64,000 nt of DNA. Origin: Sphaerodactylus townsendi. Taxonomy: Eukaryota. Shown piece by piece: positions 1 to 14,849 of the stretch. The notes below the pieces were generated by a model, which worked only from the letters and a program-made list of their open reading frames with translations, ran no database searches and was not told the DNA's origin. The DNA lies in assembly GCF_021028975.2 (NCBI RefSeq), contig NC_059432.1, forward strand, positions 33,418,001 to 33,482,000, given 5' to 3'. Made by a program: the position numbers and the translations under genes. Position 1 is the first letter of the stretch; each line of letters starts with the position of its first letter.

Positions 1-88
1 TGCAGAGGACATCAATGAGGTTCAGAGATGAACGTGTGGGGAAAGGGGAGGATTAACTCTTGATCCAAATAATGCCTTTCCAATAAAG

Positions 89-375
89 GGCCTTTCCCCA
101 CTTCTCCTGCTGCCGGGCTTGCCGCTAAGGCTGGCTGCTCTGGAGCTGCCGCGAGCATCCCCTAGCTGCTGCTGTCTGCAGGCGATCCCCACAACCCCCA
201 AGCGATCTGACCAAGAACGGGGTTATCCAAAGCGCCATTTTCACCAGCGCCAGGGATGCCAAGCATACTGAGCCGGCAGTAGCGTCAAGAGAACGCAGCT
301 GCTCTGTTGCCGCCTCTGAGGTGGGGAGTACTTGCGGAGAGTAGCGTGGGGCTTAAGGTAAGTGGGGAAAGGGCC
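89..375. mobile_element. Harbinger-like MITE
   Basis: Inverted termini ggcctttccccactt ... aagtggggaaagggcc; GC-rich interior; TSD unclear. Confidence 0.55.
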
Positions 376-669
376 AGAGTTCCCTTTGGCAGCCCTGGGA
401 GAAAAAGGCAGATCTCTCAGTGGTCACCAAGAACTTGAGGGAGGCAATTTTGAACTGGTGAATGGCACAAGGTGGGGAGACAACCTTCACTTTCCAGTGC
501 TGTACACCCAATCCATATCCCTTCCTCTCCTATGTATTTTTAGGGCCGAAACATACAAGAGTTCAAATCATGGAACTCCAAGTTCAACTTACCTTTAATT
601 GGTGAGATGTGAGACTACATGAATGCATTTTTTGGATCAATCCTCTCCACAGGTTTGTCTGAGGCATTA

Positions 670-999
<330 letters not shown>

Positions 1000-1647
1000 C
1001 TAAAACCTCTCTAGGCTCATTGGTACCTTGAAGACTGAGGAGGCCAATAAGTTTCACATTAAATGGCTGCTATAGGCAGTAGACAGTTGTGAAGTTGACA
1101 AGTTTAGGCTGACTTCTGTTGGAAACTGAAAGGCAGAAAAGCTGGACTGATCTCGACTGAGCTTGCAAGTCAATTCTAACAGTAACTGAGATGTCATTTG
1201 TACCTAAAAACCCATATGTTCATGTATCTATATCTGACAAAATGCTATGTGAGTCACCTAAGTGAGTCAGGATGGCCCAGCACAAGCACCCACTCATTGA
1301 AATACACAGCATGGCTCCTCGAACTAGAAAACACAACAGTGGGTACATGGAAGAAAAAATAAACCAAGCAAGAGAAAGCAATGCAGGGACAGAGAAGGCA
1401 TGCTGAATTTTTTTTTACTGTTTCAATAAGCTATAGTTAGAAAACTTACAGAGTGCCTTTCGATGCAATTGGGATTCCTTTGGGTTTTTTTTAAAAAAAG
1501 GTTTTTCTTCCTCTTAGAAGTCACTTTAGCATTTCAAAAACAAACGCACATTTCATTCATTGGCACGAAGGAAATATTAAAGGGTATCAACAATCATTTG
1601 CCACAACAGTAGCATCAGCTCCGTGCCGCAACCCAAACAATTCTTTA

Positions 1648-1755
<108 letters not shown>

Positions 1756-2059
1756 TTAAAATCACGTGCATAGAGACAGAAGTTTTTTAAAGCACCGCCG
1801 CTCGCGTCCAATCAGCTTCCTCCAAGGGGCAAACTCGATCCCGGGCGCCTTGGCAACTGGCAAGTGGCGGGCACGCCATTGGAGCAAACGGCGGGGGCTT
1901 TGCCGCCTCACTTTTGAAGCCACCAACCCGGCGGACGGATGGCTGCTCCGCTCTGCCAGCCTGAAGCCAATCTCTTCTGGAGGGGGATTTCGCTGCGCAA
2001 ATGCCTCCCTCACCAAACCCGACTCATGCGCGCTTACTCGGTCCTATTAGAGTCTAATA

Positions 2060-2530
2060 AGTGGACCCTACTCTGAAGTAACCCACAGGAAATAAGTGCT
2101 GTTATCCCTGAAAAAAATATAAGCAGGCTGGCATCTTAAAGAGACTAACATTTCCCAGCATTACGCTTGCCCAGCCAGGACGCAGGGCAATGACTCCTCG
2201 CTCCACTCCAAGGGAGGATCTGCTCCCAGCATTTGCAGCAGGGAAAAAGACCCACTCGGTTCTACCAGACAGTCAATACGCGTGGACCCAACTCTGAAAG
2301 AATCCACAGGAAATCATGCAAACATCAACAAGCTGGCACCTTAAAGAGACTAACATTTCCGAGTGTTATGCTTGCGGGAAGTAGAGCCCTCTGCTTCAAG
2401 GCGCAGGCAGGGCAATGGCTCCTCGCTCTGCTCCTAGGGAGGATGATCCGCTTCCCAGTATTTTTAGGAGGGAGCTTTGCAATGCAAGCTCGAGCTGGAA
2501 GAAAATGTTAGTGTCTTCAGCGCCCCAAGT
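2060..2530. repeat. Diverged direct duplication (period about 220 bp) in RNLS intron 1, built on a short interspersed-repeat relic
   Basis: tggaccc.actctgaa...ccacaggaaat...gctggca.cttaaagagactaacatttcc...cagggcaatg.ctcctcgctc occurs at about 2062 and 2282. Confidence 0.7.
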
Positions 2531-2586
2531 CCCCTCTTTATTTTTGCGGCCAATGGTTAACCCCTTGGAAAACATGCTTAAGGTCA

Positions 2587-2945
<359 letters not shown>

Positions 2946-5644
2946 GTTATACAAAATCTTCAGTGCCTTTCAAGGAAAGTACTCGAAACAGTGACAATTC
3001 CTAACAGTGCCCAGTAAAAAAAGAAAGGGGAGAAAGTCCAAACAATTAATAATGCAGGGCTTCTTTATCCCATCTGTTCTTCGGCATAGGGTCTAGCTAC
3101 TGAAAGGCTTTTTTCAACCTGCCCCTGTAAAAAAATAAGCAGTTCCCTTAATTGAGCTGTGTGCACCTTCCTTCTCCTGTTGCAGGCACTCTTGTGGTTG
3201 GTAATATGTAAGCAAGCTTACCAACTGCACATGCTTGTTGAGCTCTTGTCTCTGGGCCCTAAGATCCAACCAAAACACAAATACTAAAATGGCGTGGTTT
3301 GCACAAAGTCCAGTGAGTTGTGGATTCGGATTGTTCCCTTTCACAAAATTCTCCCTCCCCTCTGTTTTTGTTTTCTCTAGAAGGAGCTCTATCCTGCCTC
3401 AGAACTGCTCCTTTTGATTGGGAGGTCTTGATTTATCTTTGAGGCAACCCCCGAAGTAAACTTGCCGACTGTGCTTTCAACAGCTGGCTGTCTCAAAATA
3501 ATGGAGCTTTCAGTGTAAAATTGCTTCCTTTCTGTTCCATAAGTCAGGTGGTTGCTGAAGGTCAGAGGGAGTGAATGGGACAAGCTTTGATAGTAGAGGA
3601 ACATACTCCTTGCATATGTTTTAGATCTTAGCTTGTGTTATATTATCAAAAGTTATGTGGACAAACCTCAAAAAACAAAGTTTTAGTACTGCCCCCCCAC
3701 CCCTACAGTCAACCAACTTAAGAACTGTTTTGTTGACTGATCTTTTAAACCCATCTCCCCCCCCCCCCCACACACACACAACTGGGTAGCCCTGGGCTGG
3801 GCTGATTTTGGTCTTTTCCACATGTACAGATTTTCCCAGTGGTCAGATCTTGTGACTTTGAAATGTTTTCTGTGAAATCATCCCATACACCTCCCCTCGC
3901 TCTGCTGTTTTCCCCTTGTCTCTTCAGTTGCATTTATTCCACATGCTAATACTGAAAACAGGGATGTCAACAGAAGAACAACCCTCACACTTTTTTTCGT
4001 TCATGTGGGTGCTCTACTGTTTCTGCACAGTTGCATTTTGAAACTGCAATCCAGAAATGTCTCAGCCTCCATTTATACTATTGAGAACTACCAACCCCAA
4101 ATAGAAGCCAAAACAACTCTGGGGGTAGGTTGCCATTACCTGAAAAAACAGAAACACATAACCCACTCTCCCACACACACACACACACACAAAGGACCAC
4201 ATGTTCTAGGCAAATTTGATTTGCAGTAACACATGTTACTGTAGCAGTCCCTGATTATATGCAGTGATTACTCCATTCCTTTCAATTGCCCCAGCTTCAA
4301 AATGGTTGTCTACCCTAATGCTACATCAGTAGTGCTATATGAAATTGACAAAGTTGATCCAATCAATCATGCTAGTTTGTATCTCTGCCACAACATTACA
4401 TCACTAGATTGATATGACAAGCGGGGTGGGGGGTGGGGATGAAATAGCTTTTGAAAACAGAAGGGGAGGAGAAAATGACTGAAAGGGAGGTTGAGTAACT
4501 GTACCAAGTGAGGATAAGGGCCAGATGTTTGTCCAAAACAGAAGGCTTCCCCCCCCCCAAAGAAGTACTGGAGCAGGCACCATTACCTGAAGGAACAGAA
4601 ACATATGCCCACCCCCCCCCCCCCACACACACAGAACCACATTTTTGGCCAAATTAGAGCAACAGTAATATATAATTGTTACTACAGCAGTCCCTTGTCA
4701 ATTCCCTCCCACAAAGCAACTTTTCTTGTCAATTTCACTAGCACCTAACTGTGGACAAGGTGTATCCTGTCTTCAATTTATAGTTTAATCCAGAGGGGAC
4801 GCAAATCCCCCTCTGGAGGCAATGCAGACCTCTGCTGGCAGATTTGCCCTCCTCAGGGGCACTTTCCCTAGTGGAGGGGAAAATCCATTGGCACCTAGCT
4901 GCTGCGAGGTCCTGGGACACCCAGCTCTGCATCAGCACTCCTGAGCCATGTTGGCACAGTGGGGATATTCCTGGGGTGGATCTGATCTTAGTCAGCTTCC
5001 ACTGCGCATTCATCCCCCTTGTGCTGGCAGAGCCGGCCTTGGAGAGATGCCACGTTTTCCACAGGTTTTTTTTTCTTTTCCTTTTTGGAAAGAAGCAGGG
5101 TGTCTATCGTTCATTCAAGCAATGTAACACTCCCCACGGACACGCGATCTGCTTGGCAGGTCTGTTCTTCTTTGTCCTGATTGGCTGTTGTATTTGCACC
5201 AGCACCCACTGCACAGTGCAAACTGGCACAAATACTGGCATACAGTCACTTAGGCTGGTGCAGGGGAGCAAAACAACAGCAAGGCACCTGAACCTGGAAA
5301 TCAGGCTGCACATCATCACTGTTATGCTTTTTAGACCTGTGCTGGCATCCATTGGGGCATTCAAGGAGTGTTCCCAGCGGAGAAGCTGATTTTAGTCGGC
5401 TTCCAATTACATTTCAGCCTGGTAATGTCCCCTTTCAGTGGCATGCAAAATACATGGTGAAGGTTTGTTTAAGGAATGGCCTATCCAGGGAGAGGTGAGT
5501 GTTTTCTCTCTCTCCTCTGGTGTCTGGGCCACCAATTTCCCCTTTGGGAATGGTACTGTGGCACTGTTCCCAGCTGCTGGTCTACTCCCCCACCCTCTCA
5601 TTGTACTGGGTTGTAAGAGGCCAAACTAGATTCTATCTGGGTGC

Positions 5645-5986
5645 NNNNNNNNNNNNNNNNNNNNNNNNNNNNNNNNNNNNNNNNNNNNNNNNNNNNNNNN
5701 NNNNNNNNNNNNNNNNNNNNNNNNNNNNNNNNNNNNNNNNNNNNNNNNNNNNNNNNNNNNNNNNNNNNNNNNNNNNNNNNNNNNNNNNNNNNNNNNNNNN
5801 NNNNNNNNNNNNNNNNNNNNNNNNNNNNNNNNNNNNNNNNNNNNNNNNNNNNNNNNNNNNNNNNNNNNNNNNNNNNNNNNNNNNNNNNNNNNNNNNNNNN
5901 NNNNNNNNNNNNNNNNNNNNNNNNNNNNNNNNNNNNNNNNNNNNNNNNNNNNNNNNNNNNNNNNNNNNNNNNNNNNNNNNNNNNNN
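5645..5986. other. Assembly gap (342 N)
   Basis: Run of N. Confidence 1.
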
Positions 5987-6948
5987 GGCCACCTCATCCC
6001 CGAAGGGCTTGAGGCGGCTCCCAACATGGCTGTTCCCAACAGCAAATAATACAACATAAAATTAAGCCATTAAAACTCAGCAGCAATTAATAAATAAATT
6101 TAAACAACCAGATTATGTAAACACATATATACACAGGCACCCGATCTAAGGCCAAAGAAAGAAAGGGAGAAGAAGGAAGGGGAGGAGATAGGCAGGGCCC
6201 AAGGTGGAATTAGGGCCCGACCAGATGGTCCAGGCTGGCAGTTTTGATTTAATGAGCATATAGCTTTATATAAAAATAAAAAACAATGACCAATTATTAA
6301 TAATGTCTATTTTAATATAAATTCCAATAATCCAAAGTATGTAAAAACACTGATAAATGTCTTCTATTATTACTTTCTAAAAGTCTGTGTTTTGGAGCAC
6401 TGTTATTTGTTTAATGCTCATTCTGTCTATCCATCCCTAAAAATTTCCATTCGAAAATAAAGGACAAGGGGGAGGAGCAAGTAGCTGAAGGGAAGGTTGG
6501 ACAACTGCACAGGGGTGGTAGATTAATGCAGGTGTTTGATGGGTTGGAGCAATAAAGATAATTTCAACATGACTGCATGCTCAAGGAAAGCTGGCTTGGA
6601 AAAAAATTCACAGTAAAAGTGCTAAGGAAAACAACGGGGGGAACAATGAAGGAAAAAAACTTTTTCAGAACCAAACGGAGGGGGAACAAGTGTAGAATTA
6701 AAAGAAAAAATGTAGCATTTGGCAGCAAGACACGTAGTAAATAACTCATGTGGAAGGGTCCCAGTCTGTATGGGCTTGTGCACTCCTTAAGGAACAGCTT
6801 GGGAGTTGGGCAGTGGTCTTAGACCTAGGCCTGCTGCTGGATAAGCATAGGGCAACCATTGCCAGGAATGCCATTTTAATTGTTTTAATTGTTTAACCAA
6901 CTGTGGCTAACTGGGCAAGAAAGATCTGGCCTCTGAGGTGCCTTCTTA

Positions 6949-7710
6949 GGTCGTTTCCTCACAGTCAATTTATCACATATGCTCACGCAAAAAAACACGG
7001 TTTCAGCAAGAACTCCCCACTGCTTAAGTGCTGAACACGGATTGATCCCGGTTCTGGCACACGCTCCGTCCCTTATCCCATGTTTTTTCAGAACCTGCAT
7101 TGAAGTGCACCTTTTCCCCCATCACACTTTGAAGCTGGATTTGTGGGGAGAAACAGGGGACAGACACAGTTTATTCTTCCTGCCCTTAAAATCTTCCAGC
7201 CGATCAGAGCGCAGTGGGCTGTGCACAGAGCACGAGCAGCCTTTTTTTGGTGCCGCGTTGGGTGTGGCTATGTAGAAACATAGGAAACTACAATGATTTT
7301 GATAAATTGATTTTGATAAATTGTTTATGTGTGGCTCCGTTTGAACATAAAAACGAGAACATTAATTTTCAATCGGGGCGGATTAGTGTTCCCGCTCCAG
7401 CACAATAGCCAATCAGAAGGCAGGGAAATTCTGCCTATGCATTTATGTAGTGACGTAACTGCGCAAAAAAAAAAGTTTTAAAAAGTTCCCGCCCCAACAC
7501 AACACAACAGCCAATCAGGACGAGGAAGAACAGACCTGCCGAGCAGATCGCCTGTTCGTGGGGAGTGTTACATTGCTTGAATGCACAATAGACATCGAGG
7601 TCTTCACTAGACACACGCTGCAGTGGGGAGGGAGAAACCATGATGAAAAGGTGCTGTTTCTTTTGAAACCTGGTTGTATCCAGCTTTAATTTCTCAGTGG
7701 GGAAATGGCC
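6949..7710. mobile_element. Non-autonomous PIF/Harbinger-like element
   Basis: Termini ggtcgtttcctcac / gtggggaaatggcc with TTA on both sides; part of the interior recurs inverted at about 5100-5190. Confidence 0.65.
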
Positions 7711-9088
7711 TTAGTTGGGGTGCTGAAACTGTGAAACTCCCTCCTTAGGGAAATTAATTTGTCTCTTTCTATCTGTGTCTTCCTCCAGTGGGTTAAGACT
7801 TTTTAGAAAAAATTTTTTGACATTCCCCTAATGACAGTTATTGGTCTTCTTCCCTAGTTGTGCTGTTATTTGTGTTTATATGTTTAGTTGAATTGTGTAA
7901 GGCTTTTGTATACACTTATAGTTCAAATACTATTTTAACGTTTGGATGTTTTAAAGTTGAAACACTTTTATGTTATGTTGTTTGCCCCCTTGGGGACGCT
8001 ATTTTTGCTGGAAGGCAGAGCAGAAATGCTTTGAATAAATAAACAGCCTCCCAAAGGGAGAAAAATTGCTTTGAGAAGTAGAAATGGTTTAAAAGCAGGG
8101 TGATATCTGAAAATACTAAAATACAAAAAAATCTAACTGCTTTGAACTTTACCTTGATGTATGAAGCTATGGACATTGTATGAAAAATGGATGGAAGAAG
8201 CCGGATTTAACGAAGAACTATGGAATAAGAGAATAAGAAGAATGAACCTTCTGCTGCTTGCTTGAAATAATCAATGGAAAAGAGGGGGGGAGGGGGGTGA
8301 AAAAGGAAAAATGTATAGTTGGAGCAAACATATTGAATGTAACAAATATAATAATATATGGGTTATATATATATATATATATATGGGTTAACTGCTGAGC
8401 TCCCTTGTTAGAAGTCTGGACTTAAAAGCTGGACTTATAAGTCTGGACTTATATATATATATATAAATAAAGAAATTTACCTTGATGTGGTTTGTTCTTT
8501 CTGAGCTATATGGAAGCGTATGGAAAAAAAAATTACAAAGTACAGGAAATGTAGTTTTTTGAGAAAAGGTGAGTGATTTTGCACAAAATGCACCCAATAA
8601 CCTCAGTGGACGTGTTATAGTTGTGCTTAACTCTCTTTCAGGGATGTGATATAAATATAATAAAATTTATAGTACTATTTTAAGAGTAGCCAGTAGAGGG
8701 GAGCATTGGTATTTTTAAAAACCTTCTAGTCCTTCTAACACTTCAAGCAAAACTATAGCCTTTTCATCAGCTCTTAAGCATGCAAGTGAGGGAACCATGA
8801 CATATTCTGTCCCTTACTCTGTCATATGCTGCACTGCTTGGCAAATCAGGCAGAATTGAAGTGAAAATTTGTAAGCTTTTAACTCATAACTACCAAAAAT
8901 GGGGAAAAATGGGAAAATATTACTATAAAGCCTTTGAATTCTCAATCAGTGAGAAATGGCAGTGAGAAATGGGTTAACTGCTGAACTCCCTTGTTAGAAG
9001 TCTGGACTTAAAAGCTGGTATCAACAGGAGGTTGACTCCCGTCCAATTATTTCTAACATGAAAGTAGAATTTTTGCAACCTCCTGGAT

Positions 9089-9395
9089 TAGTGATGGCAA
9101 ACCTCTTGGCTCAGTGTGTCAAAAAAATCAGAAAATGCCTAGCTTAACTCTGCTGGCATGTCACCCCCTGGAATAAAAGAGAAACAATGTGTTACATATT
9201 CATTTATTTTAAAAAAATACAGTTAAATCATGTATGGTGCTATGTATTATATAAAGAAACATCAAATAATTACAAAAATGAAATATGAGTAAAACAAACT
9301 CAGTTGTTGTCTTGTGTTGGTGAACGCCGGCGTGTCACCCAAAACCTTGTGGCATGTTACCTTTGATACATGTGCCATAGCTTCACCATCATTGT
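9089..9395. mobile_element. Degraded hAT-type MITE
   Basis: Termini tagtgatggcaaacc / gcttcaccatcattg, related to the element at 30193. Confidence 0.5.
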
Positions 9396-9945
9396 CCTAT
9401 TTACATTTTGTCATTTTCTCTTTTACTGTGGACCATTCCATAGTTTCTTAATATGCATATAATGGCTACAGGCTTTAGCCTTAGTAGGCGATGCTTGGTG
9501 CAACTCCTACCATTTGTGCCACCGGTCTGGTCCTTGATTTCTCTTCAATGGCCTGTAGGCATAGCCACTGAACTATTTACTCTGGGTCCAAACAACAATC
9601 AGACTTCCTTTTCCTATGTGGTAAAATAAGTAAGTGCTCATAACTGAGGTTTCAAAGAAGGTCAAAAATAATGAATCAACTAAAGCGCTTTTAAACTGTT
9701 GGCAGTCCAAGTCTATAGAGAGCTGATGGAAAAAAAATACCCAGTACATATTTATATGCTAAAATTACAAACCAAATATCTGTGCCTACAGATATGCAGT
9801 CAGTTTTAAAACCTTCACTCTTTTTCCTTGCCTGGGATTCATTCCACTGTACTGGCAGTTACAGAGGTTAACTATGTTCATGTCACATACATTGTTTCTA
9901 TGCAGTTAAGACCTCTGGGTTTTCACCAGCATAATGCAGACCTTA

Positions 9946-9981
<36 letters not shown>

Positions 9982-10193
9982 ATCTGTATAGAACAAGGGA
10001 AATCATTGGCTGGAAGAAGATTTGGGCATGGAAGAAAAATCTAAATATTTAATCAGTTCTGATGTGTATCATATATGGTTTCTGGGTCAGGAGCATCATC
10101 ACAGGGCTTTATGAGTCAGTGCTCTCTCTCTCTCTCTCTCTCACTGTCTCTCTCTCTCTTGCTTTTCTTTTTTTCAAATCTTAAATTAACTTA

Positions 10194-10728
10194 GGCCGTT
10201 TCCGCACGGCGGCGGAAACGGCTGGGTCGGGCGATTTCGCGCGGCATCTGGAAGACGCCTGGGACCCGTCCCTCGCACAGACGGTCCCGGAAGAGTGGAC
10301 GGCGGCCGCCAGCGGAGCCGGCGCATCGGCAGAGCCTGGCAGAATACCTTCGCCTTCAGCGCCGTCACCGGTGCCTGGGGTCAAGCCCTCTGGCCCTGTG
10401 CGCCTGCTCGAAAGCCGGGCGCGAAACCAGGGCCGCGGTCCCTGAGGGCCCTCCCCGGGCGGCTACACCGGAGGCCCAGGGACAAGGTAAGTGCCGGGTG
10501 TGGGATGCGGCGTGAAGCCGCTGCCGTTTGCTCGGCAGCGGCTTCACGGCGGCGTATTCCCAAAAAGAATGCTTCCCAGCGTTCTGGGAATACGCCGGCT
10601 GCGGGCCAGCTGGGCGGCGCGAGGGCGGCGCGGCTGCGCTGCAGCTGCACCCCCTGTGTGAATGGCAGCCTGGAGACGGCGTTTTTACCGTCTCCAGACC
10701 GTCATTTTCTGCCCGTGCGGAAACGGCC
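10194..10728. mobile_element. GC-rich PIF/Harbinger MITE
   Basis: Perfect TIR ggccgtttccgcacgg / ccgtgcggaaacggcc; flanks tta/cta; CpG largely retained. Confidence 0.85.
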
Positions 10729-13212
10729 CTAGTTTTAATTTTAATTTGGTGCAACCTAGCTCTAATCCTTTGCTTTGCAATCTTGGGGGGGGGGGGGCAA
10801 ACAGCTTTAGGAGCTGACACCAGGCTGCACTGGCTCATTTGCTTACCCCGCTGGTGTAAGTGGCACTTATACTGGCATGATATCACTTTCCTGAAAATCT
10901 ATCACTTTCACTTTCACTATCACTATCACTTTCTAACTCCCTAGATTTCATAATTCCCATGACTTCATTCTTAGTCAACAGTTTCCACAACTCTCATGTC
11001 TTCACTTTTAACTCACCCTTCATCCTTCTTAAAGTTCTCCCTAACTGGATGCAGGTCTGCTCATTCAACCAGCCATGTACCAAGTTCTCTTTCTGTAATT
11101 TCTAGTACCATAATTGGAGTCTGATGTTTTGGTTTCTGGTTATTTGTAATTGGAGTCTGGGGAAACACTTCTTGCAAGTTAGGTTTTGCTCACTTGGATA
11201 TTTGAAGAGATCTGCCTTGCCTTACTCCTGAGCTACCTACCTCTGTAAGTATTTCTGTTGTCACCTTTCTAGTCTTATAGTGTATCTCTTGCTGAAGGAT
11301 TAGCACTTCAGCCCAGTTAACCATGGTGTCACATAAAGACTCCACCTCCTTGCTCTGTCTCCTACTGTGCATTCACAAGCTACTGTGGGTCTCTTGTATA
11401 TATGTGTACACTTTCGGGAAGAGGGGATCTACAGCTGTACCCTTTCTTTTGCATCTGCTGCACGATTATGATTGAATTAGGTGTAGTTAGGGGTTCAGAG
11501 ATCAAGCTACTGGCATTCAAATTATAAAGAAGTTTAATAAAGTAATCAAAGAATACACATGATCCTTTTACAATGCAAACTGAACAAGAATAAAAATGAA
11601 AAATTATATAACTGCAAATCTTCTCTCCCTACTTTTCTATATAGTCTATGAGATGGTTAGGCCAAGGCAGGCTACTTATTCTTGATGTTGCGGTGTTTGT
11701 AACTCATCTATCAGCCCATTTTCCTGGTTTGAGGTTCCTCTCCTTTGTTCAGTTGCATGTGGTCAAGATGACATTCATGGCTTAATCCTTCATGTTAAGT
11801 GGGCCATTTTTAGGAATGAAGCAGATGGGTCCAAAAAGAGCTTTGTCTTTGTATCTATAGATTTTATAACCTATTGACTGACCCTCCTCTTGAGGGTCAT
11901 TCAATCTCTTCTTCTCCAGAAGGAAGAGATACATTGCAGCCATAGGCTCCTAAATCTCTCTCATAGATGCAGTTCTCTAGCTGAGGTGTTAGCTGGCAAG
12001 TATTCCTCTGCCAGATCTATCTGCATATCCATGGTACTGAATTGCCCTGTGTCTGTGAAGCAGACTTCTTCCTCTGTACCTTTCCCATTGCTAGCTGTTA
12101 CCTGTAGAGAGGCACTTTGAGCATGTAAAAAGTACAAGCCCATTTCTAGCAACTTTGATGTCAATCCTGGGATAGAGGGTATTTCTCCACAGTAATCATG
12201 GCAGGGCATAATGCCATGTGAATTCCTTTCAGGGGAATATTTTCAGGGCTTTGGGGGTTTGTTTTTTAAGGTAAAGCCACTGTTGTCACAATAGCTTCTG
12301 GTGACTGTTCTTGGGGGACTCCCCACATTTGATAAAGATTGAGTCAGGGTGTCCAATTTTATGGGCCGTCATCTGATTCCAGTGGAGGAAAAATGAGGTC
12401 TATAAAATTTGGAGACTAACATTTCATGAAATAAATGATATAGGCATTAAAATAGTTTAGTTCATGTACAATGTATACATATATGCACATTTGTTGTGGT
12501 CTGTACAAATGTATGACCACAAAAGTCCCATTTGACAGTAGCATGTCGTTAAAGGCTCTTTGAAAGTATTAGCAAATGTGGCTCTCTTTGGACAGAAAGA
12601 CTTTTAGAGGAGATTAACCACTTTGTAGTTGATGCTTGTGATAAACTTTGTGTTGAGCTTGAAAAACAGCAATATTTTAAAAATTGTATTGAAACATTCA
12701 TAACTCAGTCATAACTCATACTCAGTCAGATATTTCTGCACAATAAGTCTTTTGAACTCACGTATGCATATCTACCAACATTTATATTATATTATATTTA
12801 TATTAGCATCTCCTGGCCTTTCTCTCCTTCATAGTCTTCTGAAACATAATGTTTAAACATCAGAAAAATCTGATAGAAAAAGGCACTGGAAACTGCCAAT
12901 TCTGCAAATTGTACTCATATATTGCAGGTTTCTTTTATTGTTCTTATAGCTCCCAAATTGGGCCAATTACTCTGGCTTTCAGCAAGAAATCAAACTCACA
13001 ATCCATTTTGTTCTTTTCTCTCTTTCATCTGAAGAATAATCCTTTAAAGGTAAGGAAAATATTTGCAGATGTCCCAAATAGATATCCCAAATAGATCAAA
13101 ACTGTCCATACAAGTAAGAATGTGGAAATACACTGTATCCCATTCAACAACTAAATCACAGAACTGCTTTCAGGGGTCCCCCCCGCCCCTCAAATATCTG
13201 GCTAGTGGATGT

Positions 13213-13566
13213 AAGCTATTTGTACAAGAGGAGTCAAAAAATCAAACTTCAGGGGAGGTCTGTGATCTCTGTGTACTTGAACTCTTCATTTCAAATACTA
13301 GAAGCAAGGCAGAGCAGAGTAAACATTTCCTGAGCATCTGGTGCAGAACTGAGTAAAATTTCTGAGTGGAATTTCTTGTGCAGAGCTATTTGTGCAAGAG
13401 GAGAATTTCGTGTACAAAGCTATTTGTACAAGAGGAGTCAAAAAACGACCTTCAGGGGAGGGCTGTGATCTTTGTGTACTTGAACTTTTCAGTTAAAAGA
13501 TTAGAAGTGAGGTAGAGCTAAGTAAACATTTTTTGAGTGTCTGGTGCAGGGCTGAGTGGAATTTCG
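13213..13566 (+). repeat. Diverged tandem duplication (period about 205 bp) upstream of the first coding exon of lipase A
   Basis: aagctatttgtacaagaggagtcaaaaaa...cttcaggggagg.ctgtgatct.tgtgtacttgaact...gtaaacattt at 13213 and 13418. Confidence 0.85.
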
Positions 13567-13984
13567 GTGATATTCTGACAGGACCTCTTGGTGTGGTAAC
13601 TTCATGGATCCTTCATTTACCTATTGATAAAGTGGGAAACAGCTAGGGGAGAGTTGTAATTACACTATTGTATTATTTCTGGAGGATAAAATATATGATA
13701 AATGATAAATCTATGAAATATATAAGCTATGATCCTGTGAATATAATTTCTTGTTGCCAATTAATTTATTGAATTTTTGGTCTCTTTTCCCCCTTCTTTT
13801 GGTTAATGATGAAAAAACATGTTACTGCTGTGTATCACTTAAACGTTGAGTAGTTTTCATGGGATACGAAAGCATGGCACAGCTATAACAGTACTGTGGC
13901 ACAGTTTTTGGCTAGTATCTTACTTAGAAATATGTTGCTAAATGTAGCCTTAGCACATTCTTATTTTTTTCAGTTTGAGACTCT

Positions 13985-14124
13985 GGCTCATTCTGCACAT
14001 GCAGAATAATGCACTTTCAAACTGCTTTCAGTGCTCTTTAAAGCTGTGCAGAATAGCAAAATCCACTTGCAAACAGTTGTGAAAGTGGTTGAAAACGCAT
14101 TATTTTGCATGTGCGGAAGGGGCC
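13985..14124. mobile_element. Short Harbinger-like MITE (about 140 bp)
   Basis: Imperfect TIR ggctcattctgcacatgcagaataatgc / gcattattttgcatgtgcggaaggggcc; 3-bp TSD tct; family members at 47130 and 58935. Confidence 0.8.
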
Positions 14125-14208
14125 TCTGTGTTAAAAAAGCAGCGCCTAAACCCCAATTTTGGTTGTAATCATGCATGATAACCTTGTTCTAATCTAGGTA
14201 GATTGAAG

Positions 14209-14304
14209 ATGCGGTGGATTTTATTTGCAATATGCTGCCTGTACATCACAATGGAAGTCCAAGGAATTCCTCAAGATGAAAAGCGAATAACTTTAATGAA
14301 TACT
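14209..14304 (+). CDS. Acid lipase paralog A, first coding exon (signal peptide MRWILFAICCLYITMEVQG IPQDEKRITLMNT)
   Basis: aagATG, hydrophobic signal peptide, ends in MNx like LIPF/LIPA-family exon 2, phase-0 donor gtaagt. Confidence 0.85.
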
Positions 14305-14849
14305 GTAAGTAATACAGAGAAGAATAAACATTAAAGTATTTGGATAGAATGTTTTGAAAACCTTTTTTCCTATCTCTTTTTTTCTTTTCTTTTGATTATC
14401 ATTCAGCATTCTAGTTCCTTGTCGGTGTTATGCTTAAAACAGACTGGGGGATCAGTCTGTAGAGTAGCGTAGACAGTTTTGGGTCATTTGTTATTTTTAT
14501 TCTTTCATATTGAAATTAATGTTCGTTGTAGAATGATGTTTTTAAGTGTGCCTTTCCTTTCTGAATGGGGATGAAATTCTCAGGGGCTGAACCTCTCTTT
14601 CAAATATTAGGCAGAAGGGAGGAAGTGTCCCCTTGATACAGGCAATAAATTCTTGCATAATGGATCTGGGGAGGCAAAAATTGACCGCTGAATCACAGGA
14701 TTTAGTAGCATTGCTATCTGTTTTAAGAATAACACTTACTGCCTTGCCTGTGCCAAGATTTTCAGGAAAGCACTGGGGGGGAGGGGGGTTATATAAAGAA
14801 GAGTTTGATTCTATTTCCCAGTTACATTGGGAATATATTTCCTCTGCAG

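Noticed and set aside
4844-5389. 181-aa ORF
   Set aside because: Crosses repeat fragments shared with 7500-7600; no recognisable domain or exon structure
5499-6059. Long ORFs over the first gap (also 34184-34559)
   Set aside because: Artefacts of N runs
10181-10944. Overlapping Arg/Ala/Pro-rich ORFs (also 17382-18109 and 63265-63623)
   Set aside because: They lie within GC-rich MITEs where stop codons are scarce; no protein motifs
11483-12290. Possible solo LTR (also 28008-28603)
   Set aside because: TG..CA ends can be chosen but there is no convincing TSD or second copy
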